From Macrostomum hystrix (taxonomy: Eukaryota > Animalia > Platyhelminthes), in the NCBI GenBank assembly GCA_950097015.1, contig CATNEN010000029.1, positions 4,402,001 through 4,466,000 of the forward strand: a DNA stretch of 64,000 nucleotides, written 5' to 3'. Below are positions 36,601 through 50,800 of this stretch, in pieces. Within the stretch, counting starts at the first letter, position 1, and the number at the start of each line of letters is the position of its first letter. Below the pieces are notes generated by a model. The model ran no database searches. It saw nothing but the letters and a program-made list of their open reading frames with translations, and had not been told where the DNA came from. The position numbers and the translations under genes were made by a program.

Positions 36601-39600
36601 CATCTATTAGTCAGGCTAGAAGAGGTTGTAGCCTAGTGGTTAGGGCGTCGGACTCACGACTTGAAGGTCGGGGGTTCGATTCCCGACTCCACTGGAACAA
36701 TTTGTGTCCTTTAGCAAGACACTTAACTCTGCATTGCTTCAGTTCACCCAGCTGTTTAATGGGTACCAGCATCAGCTGGGATAATTGAAGGTGGGTGTGG
36801 CGTCCCCCCAGTCCGTGGACTGAACAGCTGTACGCAGCCTTCAGATGCGCCGCGCATTAGCTGCGGCTGTGCTGTCGGCTGCACATCTGACCCAATTGGG
36901 GCAGGTGTAATCAAAAAAAAAAAAAAATCATCTATGTATTGAGCATGAAACATTTAAAGTGTTTTGTTGTACGAGTATGTAACTCTGATTTAGTTTTTAC
37001 TCTTTTGATTTCTTTGTATTTAATTCTCAGAAAGAAAAAGGAGAGAAGAGCGACAATATTGGAGATAAGACTGGGGGATATTAGATAAAGAAGAGAAGGA
37101 AGAGAATATGGAGGAGAGAACAGAGAGAGTATGGAGGGGAGAACAGAGAGAGAATGGAGGAGGGAATAGAGAGAGTATGGAGGGGAGAACAGAGAGAGAA
37201 TGGGGGAGAGAATAGAGAGTATGGAGGGGAGAACAGAGAGAGAATGGGGGAGGGAATAGAGAGAGTATGGAGGGGAGAACAGAGAGAGAATGGGGGAGAG
37301 AATAGAGAGTATGGAGGGGAGAACAGAGAGAGAATGGGGGAGGGAATAGAGAGTATGGAGGGGAGAACAGAGAGAGAATGGGGGAGAGAATAGAGAGAAA
37401 ATGGAGGGGAGAATAGAGAGAGTACGGAGGGGAGAACAGAGAGAGTATGGGAGAGAGAATAGAGAGAAAATGGAGTAGAGAATAGAGAGAAAATGGAGTA
37501 GAGAATAGAGAGAAAATGGAGTAGAGAATAGAGAGAGAATGGGGGAGAGAATAGAGAAAAGATAAAGGATAGAAAAGAGACAATATAGAGGACAGAATAG
37601 AGAGAATACAGAGGAGAGAATAGAGAGAATACAGAGGAGAGAATAGAGAGAAGATGGGGGAGAGAATAGAGAGAAGATGGGGGAGAGAATAGAGAGAAGA
37701 TGGGGGAGAGAATGGAGAGAAAATAGAGATTAAAAACGAGAGAATATAAAGGAGAGAAGAGACATTGGATATATTGGAGTGAGAATGGAAGAATTCGGCA
37801 TCTCAGGCGAAACGCAAAAGTCTATTCCCCTTGCCACACCCTACCCCCGTCAATCTTTGTTAATAAGTGAATTGCGCCGCACCAGATTCGGCAATCTTGG
37901 GCATGCCAAATTTTGCTGGGCAAAATAGCGGGGAAGCTTTAGAAAAATAGATGAGAATTTCAAATGGCCGGGAAAGGATTGAGCAAGAAAGAGTAAGAGA
38001 GAGAGACTCGTTCGCTAAAGTGGAAAAGACTGGCCGGGGGAATCGAAGAGGAATGAAGTCAGTGTGAGAACGTGAGAGAGAGGAAGAGAGAGAGAGTTGG
38101 TTGGCTGGCTCTCGTGGTCTTTAGTCTATAAAAAGTTTGAGTTTGGTAAGTAGAAACGTCTTTCCAAGATTCCTTTTCTTACTTTTTCTTCTTTTAGTCT
38201 AAGTTTTATGATGCAGCCAAGCCGAGTCTAGTGGAAGCAGGGAGATGGGAGCGATGGGAGATAGGGGGTTTGAGTAGATTTAAATAGAATTCCATTCTAT
38301 ATAGAATCCTGATTTCATATCCTGATTCTATGTAGAATAGAATAGAATGGAATAGAATGGAATAGAATGTAATAGAATGGGCTAGAATGGAATAGAATGG
38401 AATAGAATGGAATAGAATGGAACAGAATGGACTAGAATAGAATAGAATGGTATAGAATTGAATAGAATAGAATAGAATAGAATAGAATGGAATAGAATGA
38501 AATAGAATGTAATAGAATGGGCGAGAATGGAATAGAATGGAATAGAATGGAATAGAGTGGAATAGAATGGAATATAATGGAATAGACTGGAACAGAATGG
38601 ACTAGAATGGAATAGAATGGAATAGAATGGAATAGAATGGAATAGAATGTAACAGAATGGACTAGAATGGAATAGAATGGAATAGAATGGAATAGAATGG
38701 AATAGAATGGAATAGAATGGAAATGAATGGAATAGAGAATAATGGACTAGAATGGACTAGAACATAAAAGAATCGAATGGAATGAAATGGACTAGAACAT
38801 AAAAGAATCGAATGGAATAAAATGGAATAGAAAAGAAAAGAATAGAACAGACTATTATTGAATGTAATAGAATGGAATAGAAAATAATTGGACAAAGTAG
38901 AATATAATAGAGAATAGAAGGAATTAAGCTTGCCCCTCTGATACCTGGAGTTGTGCCAAAAATTTGAGTCAGATAAAATCAAGGTCGATTTTATAATTTA
39001 TGCATGAAGGCCGTTCTCTACTGTAAGAGAGATAAAGTCAGAAAACCTGCATCATTATCTTTTAGTGAGTTACCTTCGGGACATTGATGTACGCTTTATA
39101 TATGTACATGAAATTTACCACGATGGTAATGTTACCCTTTTCTTAAGGCAAACTCAAGATGGATCGACCAAAGTTCCCAGCTGACTCAATTTTAGTTAGT
39201 TTTCCCCAATTTGCTTCGCTGAATTCTCCTATTTAGCTTCAATTTGATTGGGAGATTGATGACTCGACAAATTAAAATGTTTAATTCGAAATCAAATTGC
39301 TTGACGTCGAAATTTAGTCCAATGCTCTTTTTGATAGTTAAAAAAGCAGAACAGAGTCCATTTTCTTGTGCTCGCAAAGGGATTGTGTTGCGGTGGTTTT
39401 TTCTAGTTTAATTTATGCTATGAAATTTAATCTCTATGCAGTCAAATAGATATTGATTCGGGATTAAATTGGCTTTCAGGTGATTTACAACGCCGGGGGG
39501 AATATTATATAGAGTGGCGCAGAGTCGGCTTGGAGTCTAGACTCAGAAAGAGGCCAAATTTAGCTAAATAACCCTTAAACAGGGAAAGACCAGGGGGCTG

Positions 39601-41794
39601 TTTCAAATACCCACTGCCCACTTCACGACAGCTCCCAAACCGAATGACCGATTTTTGTGAAATTCCGCCATATGGATCAAAATGTTCCACCCTTTTCAAT
39701 GAACTAACTTTCAAAGCCGTCAGACGTCAGCATCGTCGAGATATTCAGCGGTTCTTGTCGGAGACCCTGGTGACAAGGACAGCTTGACTTACTTGACTTA
39801 TCTGCAGGGCGGTCCGACGGACGCAGCGGGGAGGCGGGAGTCGCCCATTCCGCTAATCCCTGAAAGACCCGCAATCGGCCGATGGCGCGGGGCCAGTCAG
39901 GGAGGTCCGTGTTCGGTCCTTCCTGCAGCTTGTTCCTCGCTGGGGAAGAAAGAGGCTCGTCTGGTAGCCCTTAGGAACCGGACGAGCCGCGGGATGTTCT
40001 CGGATCTGCAAACATCGTCCATTGATGGGTTTGGTCCGAGGTGATTGAGCCTCTCTCTGGTGAAGAAAGGGCAGTGGCAGACGAAGTGCAGGGCATCCTC
40101 GTCCTCAAGGTTGCAGAAAGGGCACAGCTCACTCCGGAGGTCTCCACGGAGGAAACAGTGTCTGGCGTAGCAGCCATGGCCCGTGAGGGTCATGGTGAGG
40201 GCCCGGATGTCCTTCCGGGTCTGGTTCAGAAGGACCTTCCGGAGCAACAAGGACAGCTAACTTTGCTATGTCCTGTGGTTGAGCTGCGCCTAATATTTTG
40301 GCTTGATCAGCGAAATGGCAGAAATTCGCGTCAAGGTGTCCATAGTGTCCAAGGAGATGATGCAAGCACATTCGGGTGACACGCTGATAAATTTTGAAGG
40401 CCTGGCAAGGCCGCGCTGAGGCGCAGTGCTAATTAGTGTATAGGGGTGTATGAAATACACAAGCGCTTATGGGAAAAATCGGACCTTCGGCCAGAAACAT
40501 TGAACATCTCGACGGTCCGAAGAGCTGGCGACTTGATTCTTGTTTCTGAAGATGCGCTACAAAAAGTTGGCAATCCAAACTTTTAGAAAGATTTTCTACA
40601 CAGCTAAAGCAGATTTGAAAGGTGCAGGAAAATGCAGGCAGATAAAACATCCCGAAAGGATAGAAAAAATGCTATTTGTCAAGTCGGGTGAGAGGAAGTT
40701 TATTACACCAGGCAACTATGACACCTTTAATCCAATCAGTTAATTAACAGTTGGGCATTCAGGTTCAGAATACTAACACAAGCGCGTCTAACTGTCATTT
40801 ATTATCACAATTATTGCATCAACTGTCTAACTGACACAAGCACAGGGCCGATACTAAAAATAACAAATCACGAATTATGACACTCGCACAAGATAAGCTG
40901 TCAGCTTGGGATTAGCAAAATCAGAGTTAAATAGAGAAATGCATGCCGACTGGTCTATGCTTGATAGCACATAACATGCTAAATCTCATTCTGTCTCACT
41001 GTCTCACTCTGTATCACTCTGTCACACTCTGTCTCATTCTGTCTCACTGTCTCACGGTGTCTCACGGTGTCTCACGGTGTCTCACGGTGTCTCACTCTGT
41101 CTCAAACTGTCTCATTCTGTCTCACTCTGTCTCACTCTGTCTCACAGTGTCTCACAGTGTCTCATTCTGTCTCACTCTGTCTCACAGTGTCTCATTCTGT
41201 CTCACAGTGTCTCATTCTGTCTCACAGTGTCTCATTCTGTCTCACAGTGTCTCATTCTGTATCATGTCTCATTCTGTATCATGTCTCATTCTGTATCATG
41301 TTGTGTCACTCTGTCTCATTCTGTCTCGCAGTGTCTCACTCTCACTCACTCTGTCTCACTCACTCACTCACTCACTCACTCACTCACTCACTCACGCACT
41401 CACTCACTCACTCACTCACTCACTCACTCACTCACTCACTCACTCACTCACTCACTCACTTACGGTTTTGATATATGTTTCCCATGATTCCCATGATTCC
41501 CATGATTTGATGATTCTTCTAAACTCGTCAATCACAGTTCTCCGTCTTCCAGCTCTTATGCCCCAAGAAATTTACATTTATCCGTTAAGCCCGATTGCGC
41601 GAGCATCTATTACTATGCTGAACATTCTCACCGTTCAGCATCTATCCATAGCCTATGTTAGGACATTCAAACAAGGGCCAAATACTCGTAGCACTTATGA
41701 GGGTAGAGCATTGCCGAAATCTCACCCCCATATTTTATAGATATAATGCGAAACAGCTGACTAGAAAGAAAATTGCTCAATCGATCCTTTGCCG

Positions 41795-41829
<35 letters not shown>

Positions 41830-44800
41830 GACTTCCTCAATCTTCGCCTTTCACGCGTCAGTCAGTCAAAATCGACGGGCCGTACAGTAGCTGTCACAGC
41901 TATCAAACTTAACGCCCTACTGACTAGGCTTATTTTCTAGCTTATAATTTTACTTTAACTTGGCCTCAGAATAATTAGACACTTGAGACACGGCCGCATT
42001 GTTATCTGCATTCATCCGTCTCTCTCTCATTTTCTATCTCGATCAATGCTCTGCCTGGCCGACAAAGCAACTGATAAAACACCCTTCGGATGGGTTCCCA
42101 CTCATTGTAAAATGGTTGCTTGGAAGGACTAACTTTTTTTTTAATTGCATTCCATTAAAAGCATATTCTCCATACTTGTGTTTCTAAAAATAGCATCGGT
42201 CTGAACTAAAAATAGCAACAGTCACGTGACGAACGGCCTTACGTGTCTAAAAATAGCAACAGTCACGTGACGAACGGCCTTACCTGTCTAAAAATAGCAT
42301 GACATAGTGTGGAATGCGTCACGTGGGCACTGACCTTGTTTAAAAAAAATGCTCTTCCACGCTGAGTGGATTGAATGACACCCAAAAGTTTAAAATTGCA
42401 ACATTTACAACATTGGATTACAACAAGAGCTGTCATTCGACAAGAATGCGCAATTATGCTAATTCATGAGCCTGTCATCCTTGACTGATAATATTTTCGT
42501 TTCTTCTCTTTCTTCCTCTTCTGCTAGCCCAACGAGGGGATGAAATTTTTCGAACATAGAAAAAAAGTAAAATGAGAAAAAAATTGGAACTCCCAGGAGG
42601 GAGGAGCCGACAGAGACAGGGATGCGAGCGCTGCGGATACCCGGCCGGCAGAACTGTCCTTGAGAAAAGAAATGAGCGGAAAATGCATGCTTGATGAGGG
42701 AGCCAGGCTGATTGGGATGCGAATAGACAGACTGCATTGGGGCCAAGGAAATATAGGGGGGGCAGAAACAGAACTCTGGAGTTCAAGAAAATACAAAGAA
42801 GGGGCTGAGAGCCATTCGGATATGGAGAGGACTGAGTAAACATGATAATATTCAGATGGCGGATGCAGCAAAATTGACAAAGAGAAAGTTTGGAACAAGA
42901 AAGTAGGAAGGCGCAGTCCATGAACTGTACCCAGGCAAGACAAGCAAGTTAAGGTCAAGCTAAGGGGCAAAAGAAGAAGGAGGACAGGGGCACAAACAGT
43001 GGCATGCCTTTTACATTTTATCACTATTGTCTATGGCCACAGCTGAACTATTAAGTATTCCTTCGTCTAACTGATATCGATTTACCAAGGACAAAATATG
43101 ATTGGCTGAGGAAGTTTTAATTGTAGCTATTTTTAGAAAGCTTGGTCGGGTAAATCCCATGCTTGATAAAAATTATTATGCTGGAGTTCCCACTCAGGGG
43201 AATTCCACTGAAGGAATCCGCCGATGGGAATTCCTTTGAGCTGGTTTCAGTCAGATTTCACTGTTGACGATTTTCCAGTCAGGGGGGATTCCACTGGCGA
43301 TGCACTTTCTGTGCTATACATGGTACAGTTGTTAAGCATGTCTGGGCATGCAGTTCTTTCAACTATAAGCAAAGTCATAAAATTGTAACGTAGATTTACA
43401 AGCCAGGTTTCCCATTGAAATCCCTACAGAATAAATTGCTTTGCAGTACGGCGAACGAATTGAGCCCTTCCGTAGCAGAATCTGCCGCAATTCATCACGA
43501 AACTATAATCCTCAGTTACATGCCACAGTTTTGCAACAATTTAATTGCTGTCCGAAACTAAACCAAACAAACAGGAAGCTGTTTAACTCAAATAGGAATA
43601 CTTAGAAAAATTGTAGATTTAGAAAATTAGGCAATTTTATGACCATACGTTCTATAGAGCAACATAATTTGCGTCTAAATCCATGGATTGCTAGACTATT
43701 CTGTGATGGATGATGGATAGAATGGATTGCTAGACTGTTCTGTGACGGTTGATGGGATAGAATGGATTGCTAGACTGTTCTGTGAGGGATGATGGGATAT
43801 AATGGATTGCTAGACTATTCTGTGACGGTTGATGGGATAGAATGGATTGCTAGACTGTTCTGTGATGGATGATGGGATAGAATGGATTGCTAGACTATTC
43901 TGTGACGGTTGATGTGATAGAATGGATTGCTAGACTGTTCTGTGAGGGATGATGGGATAGAATGGATTGCTAGACTATTCTGTGACGGTTGATGGGATAG
44001 AATGGATTGCTAGACTATTCTGTGAGGGATGATGGGATATAATGGATTGCTAGACTATTCTGTGACGGTTGATGGGATAGAATGGATTGCTAGACTGTTC
44101 TGTGATGGATGATGGATAGAATGGATTGCTAGACTATTCTGTGACGGTTGATGGGATAGAATGGATTGCTAGACTATTCTGTGACGGTTGATGTGATAGA
44201 ATGGATTGCTAGACTATTCTGTGACGGTTGATGGGAGAGAATGGATTGTTAGACTATTCTGTGACGGTTGATGTGATAGAATGGATTGCTAGACTGTTCT
44301 GTGAGGGATGATGGGATAGAATGGATTGCTAGACTATTCTGTGACGGTTGATGGGATAGAATGGATTGCTAGACTATTCTGTGACGGTTGATGGGATAGA
44401 ATGGATTGCTAGACTATTCTGTGATGGATGATGGGATAGAATGGATTGCTAGACTATTCTGTGATGGATGATGGATAGAATGGATTGCTAGACTATTCTG
44501 TGATGGATGATGGATAGAATGGATTGCTAGACTGTTCTGTGACGGTTGATGGGATAGAATGGATTGCTAGACTATTCTGTGACGGTTGATGTGATAGAAT
44601 GGATTGCTAGACTATTCTGTGAGGGATGATGGGATAGAATGGATTGCTAGACTATTCTGTGATGGATGATGGGATAGAAAGGATTGCTAGACTATTCTGT
44701 GATGGATGATGGATAGAATGGATTGCTAGACTGTTCTGTGACGGTTGATGGGATAGAATGGATTGCTAGACTATTCTGTGACGGTTGATGGGATAGAATG

Positions 44801-47800
44801 GATTGCTAGACTATTCTGTGACGGTTGATGTGATAGAATGGATTGCTAGACTATTCTGTGACGGTTGATGGGAGAGAATGGATTGTTAGACTATTCTGTG
44901 ACGGTTGATGTGATAGAATGGATTGCTAGACTATTCTGTGACGGTTGATGGGATAGAATGGATTGCTAGACTGTTCTGTGATGGATGATGGGATAGAATG
45001 GATTGCTAGACTATTCTGTGATGGATGATGGATAGAATGGATTGCTAGACTATTCTGTGATGGATGATGGGATAGAATGGATTGCTAGACTATTCTGTGA
45101 TGGATGATGGATAGAATGGATTGCTAGACTATTCTGTGATGGATGATGGATAGAATGGATTGCTAGACTGTTCTGTGACGGTTGATGGGATAGAATGGAT
45201 TGCTAGACTATTCTGTGACGGTTGATGTGATAGAATGGATTGCTAGACTATTCTGTGAGGGATGATGGGATAGAATGGATTGCTAGACTATTCTGTGATG
45301 GATGATGGGATAGAAAGGATTGCTAGACTATTCTGTGATGGATGATGGATAGAATGGATTGCTAGACTGTTCTGTGACGGTTGATGGGATAGAATGGATT
45401 GCTAGACTATTCTGTGACGGTTGATGGGATAGAATGGATTGCTAGACTATTCTGTGACGGTTGATGTGATAGAATGGATTGCTAGACTATTCTGTGACGG
45501 TTGATGGGAGAGAATGGATTGTTAGACTATTCTGTGACGGTTGATGTGATAGAATGGATTGCTAGACTATTCTGTGACGGTTGATGGGATAGAATGGATT
45601 GCTAGACTATTCTGTGATGGATGATGGGATAGAATGGATTGCTAGACTATTCTGTGATGGATGATGGATAGAATGGATTGCTAGACTATTCTGTGATGGA
45701 TGATGGATAGAATGGATTGCTAGACTATTCTGTGATGGATGATGGGATAGAATGGATTGCTAGACTATTCTGTGATGGATGATGGATAGAATAGATTGCT
45801 AGACTGTTCTGTGACGGTTGATGGGATAGAATGGATTGCTAGACTATTCTGTGATGGATGATGGGATAGAATGGATTGCTAGACTGTTCTGTGATGGATG
45901 ATGGGATAGAATGGATTGCTAGACTATTCTGTGATGGATGATGGATAGAATGGATTGCTAGACTATTCTGTGATGGATGATGGGATAGAATGGATTGCTA
46001 GACTATCCTATGGGATGATAGGACAGCACCCGTGCAGCATTTTGGTAAATTTATTTCTCGAGTACAATCATCTCACCTTCTTTTCGTAGTGAGAACACGT
46101 CTGGCCGCTGCTCAAGCAGAATCCGCAGCTCCGTCGAGAAGCTTTCGCGTTCCTTGAACTCTTCAACTTTGCGCTGAAGAGCCGTCAGCCTAGCCCGCCT
46201 TTGTTCAGAACTCACGGGCCGCGGTGACATCATCTTCGAAGAGGTGGGAAAATAACAAGCGTGATAAGGATATTCTGTCTCCGATCTGTTAATCTCCTAA
46301 TCCTCACCTCCGTTTCCCAGGCCTGGAAGTCCCTGGCGACAGTATCTAGCCAATCGGCAAGCTCGCTAAGTTTTCCTTTGTCCACCTGAGTTCCAGCTGA
46401 CTTGGACTGTCTATGGCAATTCAGAATTTGCCAATCATTAGCCAGAGCTTCGACCTTAGCGGAAGTCGATGTCGATGCTGGGGCCGAAGTTCTGCGAAAT
46501 CGAAGTTCGACACGTCTGTTGAGTGCGCGATACTGTTCAGACCGTCTCTGCCAGTCGGTATCGACTGCGACATCCGCGTTGGTAAGCTGAGTGGCCGTCC
46601 AGGCCTGCAGATCGTCCATAGCGACTAACAGCGACTCCAGAGAGCTAGCGGAGGCCTGAAGCAACCGTCGCTGCTCCGTCAGCGACTGCTGAAGCCGACT
46701 GTGCTCGGCTTTGGCCTGGCAGCGAGATGGATTGGATGGTGGGTTGGATGGTGGGTTGGATGGTGGGTTGGATGGTGGGTTGGATGGTGGGTTGGATGGT
46801 GGGTTGGATGGTGGGTTGGATGGTGGGTTGGATGGTGGGTTGGATGGTGGGTTGGATGGTGGGTTGGATGGTGGGTTGGATGGTGGGTTGGATGGTGGGT
46901 TGGATGGTGGGTTGGATGGTGGGTTGGATGGTGGGTTGGATGGTGGGTTGGATGGTGGGTTGGATGGTGGGTTGGATGGTGGGTTGGATGGTGGGTTGGA
47001 TGGTGGGTTGGATGATGGGCTGTGTCTTCTGTTTTTGTGTCTTCATTTTGTTGTCTACCTAGAATTTATTTCTATGGAAGCCAGAGCGTGAAGTTCAACC
47101 AACGGTCGATTGTGTTTTAAGTTAGATGCTGAGAGCAGGAGGGATGTTTGGATGGTTAGGCCATTGTCGGTAGCAAACAAATGGGTATCATGCCAAGGTC
47201 ACTAGAGGTCATACCGGATCTGGCCTATTACGGTCGTATTTAGACTGATTGTCAGAAAGTTTACAGACTCAGGGAAAGTTGATGAGTGAGCTCAAGCTTG
47301 ATTCGGGGGAATAGAAAATGAGGTCAAGATGAGGTCAGTTCTAGCCATCGGCAGTCTTGGGATAACTGTATGGGAGAAAAACTGGCCGGCATTGGTAAAT
47401 CAGGCTCTTCTAAATGATTATAATATTATTTACTCTGGAGAATCAGAGTATGTCATGCACAGCCGTTGGTAGCTAACAGATCTAGGAGAATTAAGCTACT
47501 GCTAGTAGCAAGCAACGTATTTTCGGGGTAAATGGGGTAAATTTCCATTAGTGAAAATCTGTATTTAACTCACCCGCACCAGTGCTTGTCGTTCGTCGTC
47601 TCCCAAAATATCCGCCGATGTCGCCGTCAACAGGCCCGACACCCGATCGCCTTGGACCTCTAGACCGGCTTGCAGGTCGGCCAGTCTGGCCAGCAGCTCT
47701 CGCCGGCCCGATAGATCGTCCGCCGCCAAACGGAGGCGACTCGATGAGACGGTGTCAACGGCGCTGGCAGCTCTAGAGAGGAGATTTTCCATCTCGGATC

Positions 47801-50800
47801 TGTGCTGCCCGTGTCCTTTCTCTGATGCTGGATTCTCTGGCTGCTGCTGCTGTTGTTGTTGTTGTAGTTGATTTAGTTTTTCGCACTCTATTATTGGCTT
47901 TTGTTTATTTTGTGTATTGTCTAAAAGACGCTTATCATCAGCAATTATGTGATTTTGAAGGCTCGGTTGCTCATGCTGTGATTTCTCTTCGCTGAATATT
48001 TTCGCGTCTGTTGACTCCACTGGCTGAGCAAAGTTTCCCTGTCCAATTCTGCAGTTTTTGTGAAAGCTTTACGAAATCAGTCAACAACACGGTGACAAAA
48101 CTGCTTAAAATGTGTTTATAATCACCTTTTAGGAAATTTCTTACCTTAAACTGCCTGCGATTCGTTCCACAATGCTCTTCGCGTTGTCTGTCGCGCTGAC
48201 ATCACCGCTTCGATGCTCGCTTTTGACCGAAACTTGGGAACCACGGTACCCGATTGATTTCAGCTCGTTTGTGAGTTGAGCAGCTCTCGGGCTCACAAAC
48301 TGGACAAATTGCGTGAAATTAAGGATTTAACTTCTCCGATTCAGGTTATCGCAACCATAAGCAAACCATAAGTGATTTAACAGCAGAATTTTCCGAATCC
48401 AAACCCACCATCTAACCCACCATCCAACCCACCATCCAACCCACCATCCAACCCACCATCCAACCCACCATCCAACCCACATCCAACCCACCATCCAACC
48501 CACCATCCAACCCACCATCCAACCCACCATCCAACCCACCATCCAACCCACCATCCAACCCACCATCCATCCCACCATCCATCCCACCATCCAACCCACC
48601 ATCCATCCCACCATCCAACCCACCATCCAACCCACCATCCAACCCACCATCCAACCCACCATCCAACCCACCATCCAACCCACCATCCAACCCACCATCC
48701 AACCCACCATCCATCCCACCATCCATCCCACCATCCAACCCACCATCCATCCCACCATCCAACCCACCATCCAACCCACCATCCAACCCACCATCCAACC
48801 CACCATCCAACCCACATCCAACCCACATCCAACCCACCATCCAACCCACCATCCAGCTAAGCCTTCCCTTCTCACCGTGGCGTCGCTGCTGGTTCTGTTA
48901 GGCACCTGTATGGCCAGCAGCTCTTTCACAATTTTTAGACTTGATCTCAGGAGTTCGATTTCTCTGCTCAGCTGTGCTCGTCTCTCTCGCCATAAGTTCT
49001 GAAGTTGTTTGCAAATATTAGCGCGTTACTTAATTCCGTTTAGTAACGGAATTCCCAAATTGCCGAGACTCACTCTCAGCTGCATGAGTTCGAATCTCTT
49101 CGTCATGACGGGAAGCGGCTGGAACAGCTCCTCGACTGAGACGTCCGTCGATGCTGACGCTTTCCCTCTGCCGCCGTCGAGGCAATGATCGACCGAAATG
49201 AGATCGATAATCTCAGTATCGATCTGATCGATTTGCTTTTGGAAGAGCTGCAAGACAAGCACGTTTAATCTGTCAAGATCTGTCAAATGTGAAGTAAATC
49301 GAGTTTATGATTTTAATAGATGTGTGATTTCAGTAGGTGTGATGACAGTCGGAGTGATGTCAGTGAGTGTGTGATGTCAGTGAGTGTGTGATGTCAGTGT
49401 GTGATATCAGTGAGTGATGTCAGTGAGTGTGTGATGTCAGTGAGTGTGTTATGTCAGTGAGTGTGTGATGTCAGTGAGTGTGTGATGTCAGTGAGTGTGT
49501 TATGTCAGTGAGTGTGTGATGTCAGTGAGTGTGTGATGCCAGTGTGTGATATCAGTGAGTGATGTCAGTGAGTGTGTGATGTCAGTGGGTGTGTGATGTC
49601 AGTGGGTGTGTGATGTCAGTGGGTGTGTGATGTCAGTGGGTGTGTGATGTCAGTGAGTGTGTGATGTCAGTGAGTGTGTGATGTCAGTGGGTGTGTGATG
49701 TCATTGGATGTGTGATGTCAGTGAGTATGTGATATCAGTGAGTGATGTCAGTGAGTGTGTGATGTCAGTGTGTGATATCAGTGAGTGATGTCAGTGAGTA
49801 TGTGATATCAGTGAGTGATGTCAGTGAGTGTGTGATGTCAGTGTGTGATGTCAGTGAGTGATGTCAGTGAGTGTGTGATGTCAGTGAGTGTGTGATGTCA
49901 GTGGGTGTGTGATGTCATTGGATGTGTGATGTCAGTGAGTATGTGATATCAGTGAGTGATGTCAGTGAGTGTGTGATGTCAGTGTGTGATATCAGTGAGT
50001 GATGTCAGTGGGTGTGTGGTGTCAGTGAGTGTGTGATGTCAGTGGATGTGTGATGTCAGTGAGTATGTGATGTCAGTGAGTGTGATGTCATTGGGTGTGT
50101 GATTTCAGTAGGTGTGTGAAGTAATTTTTGTAATGTCATGTGTGTGTCTATTGTCAAATTGAGCTGTTTGCGGTAAATTTTCGATTTCTCGGGCATCAAG
50201 CCTTACATGTTAAATGTTAAATAATTAAACGTCTGACTTGTTTGCCTAGAAAACCTCATCGAACAAAATAGCAAATCATAATTGACAGACCCGATAGAAG
50301 ATATTTCATAATTTTTAGACGGCCACTCAGACATGCCTGAATGTCCCGCAGCGTGAGCATGAGGTCAGTGTCTAATCTAATTTGAGCCGCTGATGTGATG
50401 TGGGATCAAGTGTGCTTGCATGAACTCCAATATCGTGATGCTCTGCGTTGGTTTGAATTATGACCATAAAGATGTTTGCTAGCTAAAATTTCCCCAAGAT
50501 AACAGATTTTGCAAATTTTCCCCTATCTGCCAAACTCCCTTAAGTTATCGATTTCCAGAAAACAGGAAAATTTCATAAATATGCTATGATATTGAGTGGC
50601 CGTTTATAAGACTAGTGCGAAATTATTAATTGGTTTTTGGGTAATCGCATTTATGAAGACTATACACCCAGCTGCTACATAGTTACGAGTACTCACTGTG
50701 AAAAACAAGTCTAACATTTTACCTTGCAGTTTTGCATTCACCTGTTATACAGGCATTCACCTGTTATACAGGCATTCACCTGTTATACAGGCATTGACCT

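Noticed and set aside
36622-36695. tRNA gene (Val-CAC or Sec-like)
   Set aside because: Anticodon stem is mispaired, there is no oligo-T terminator, and it runs into a SINE body and tail in several copies.
36601-36935. CATCTAT as TSD of the SINE A copy
   Set aside because: Left copy is 14 nt away from the element start; likely chance.
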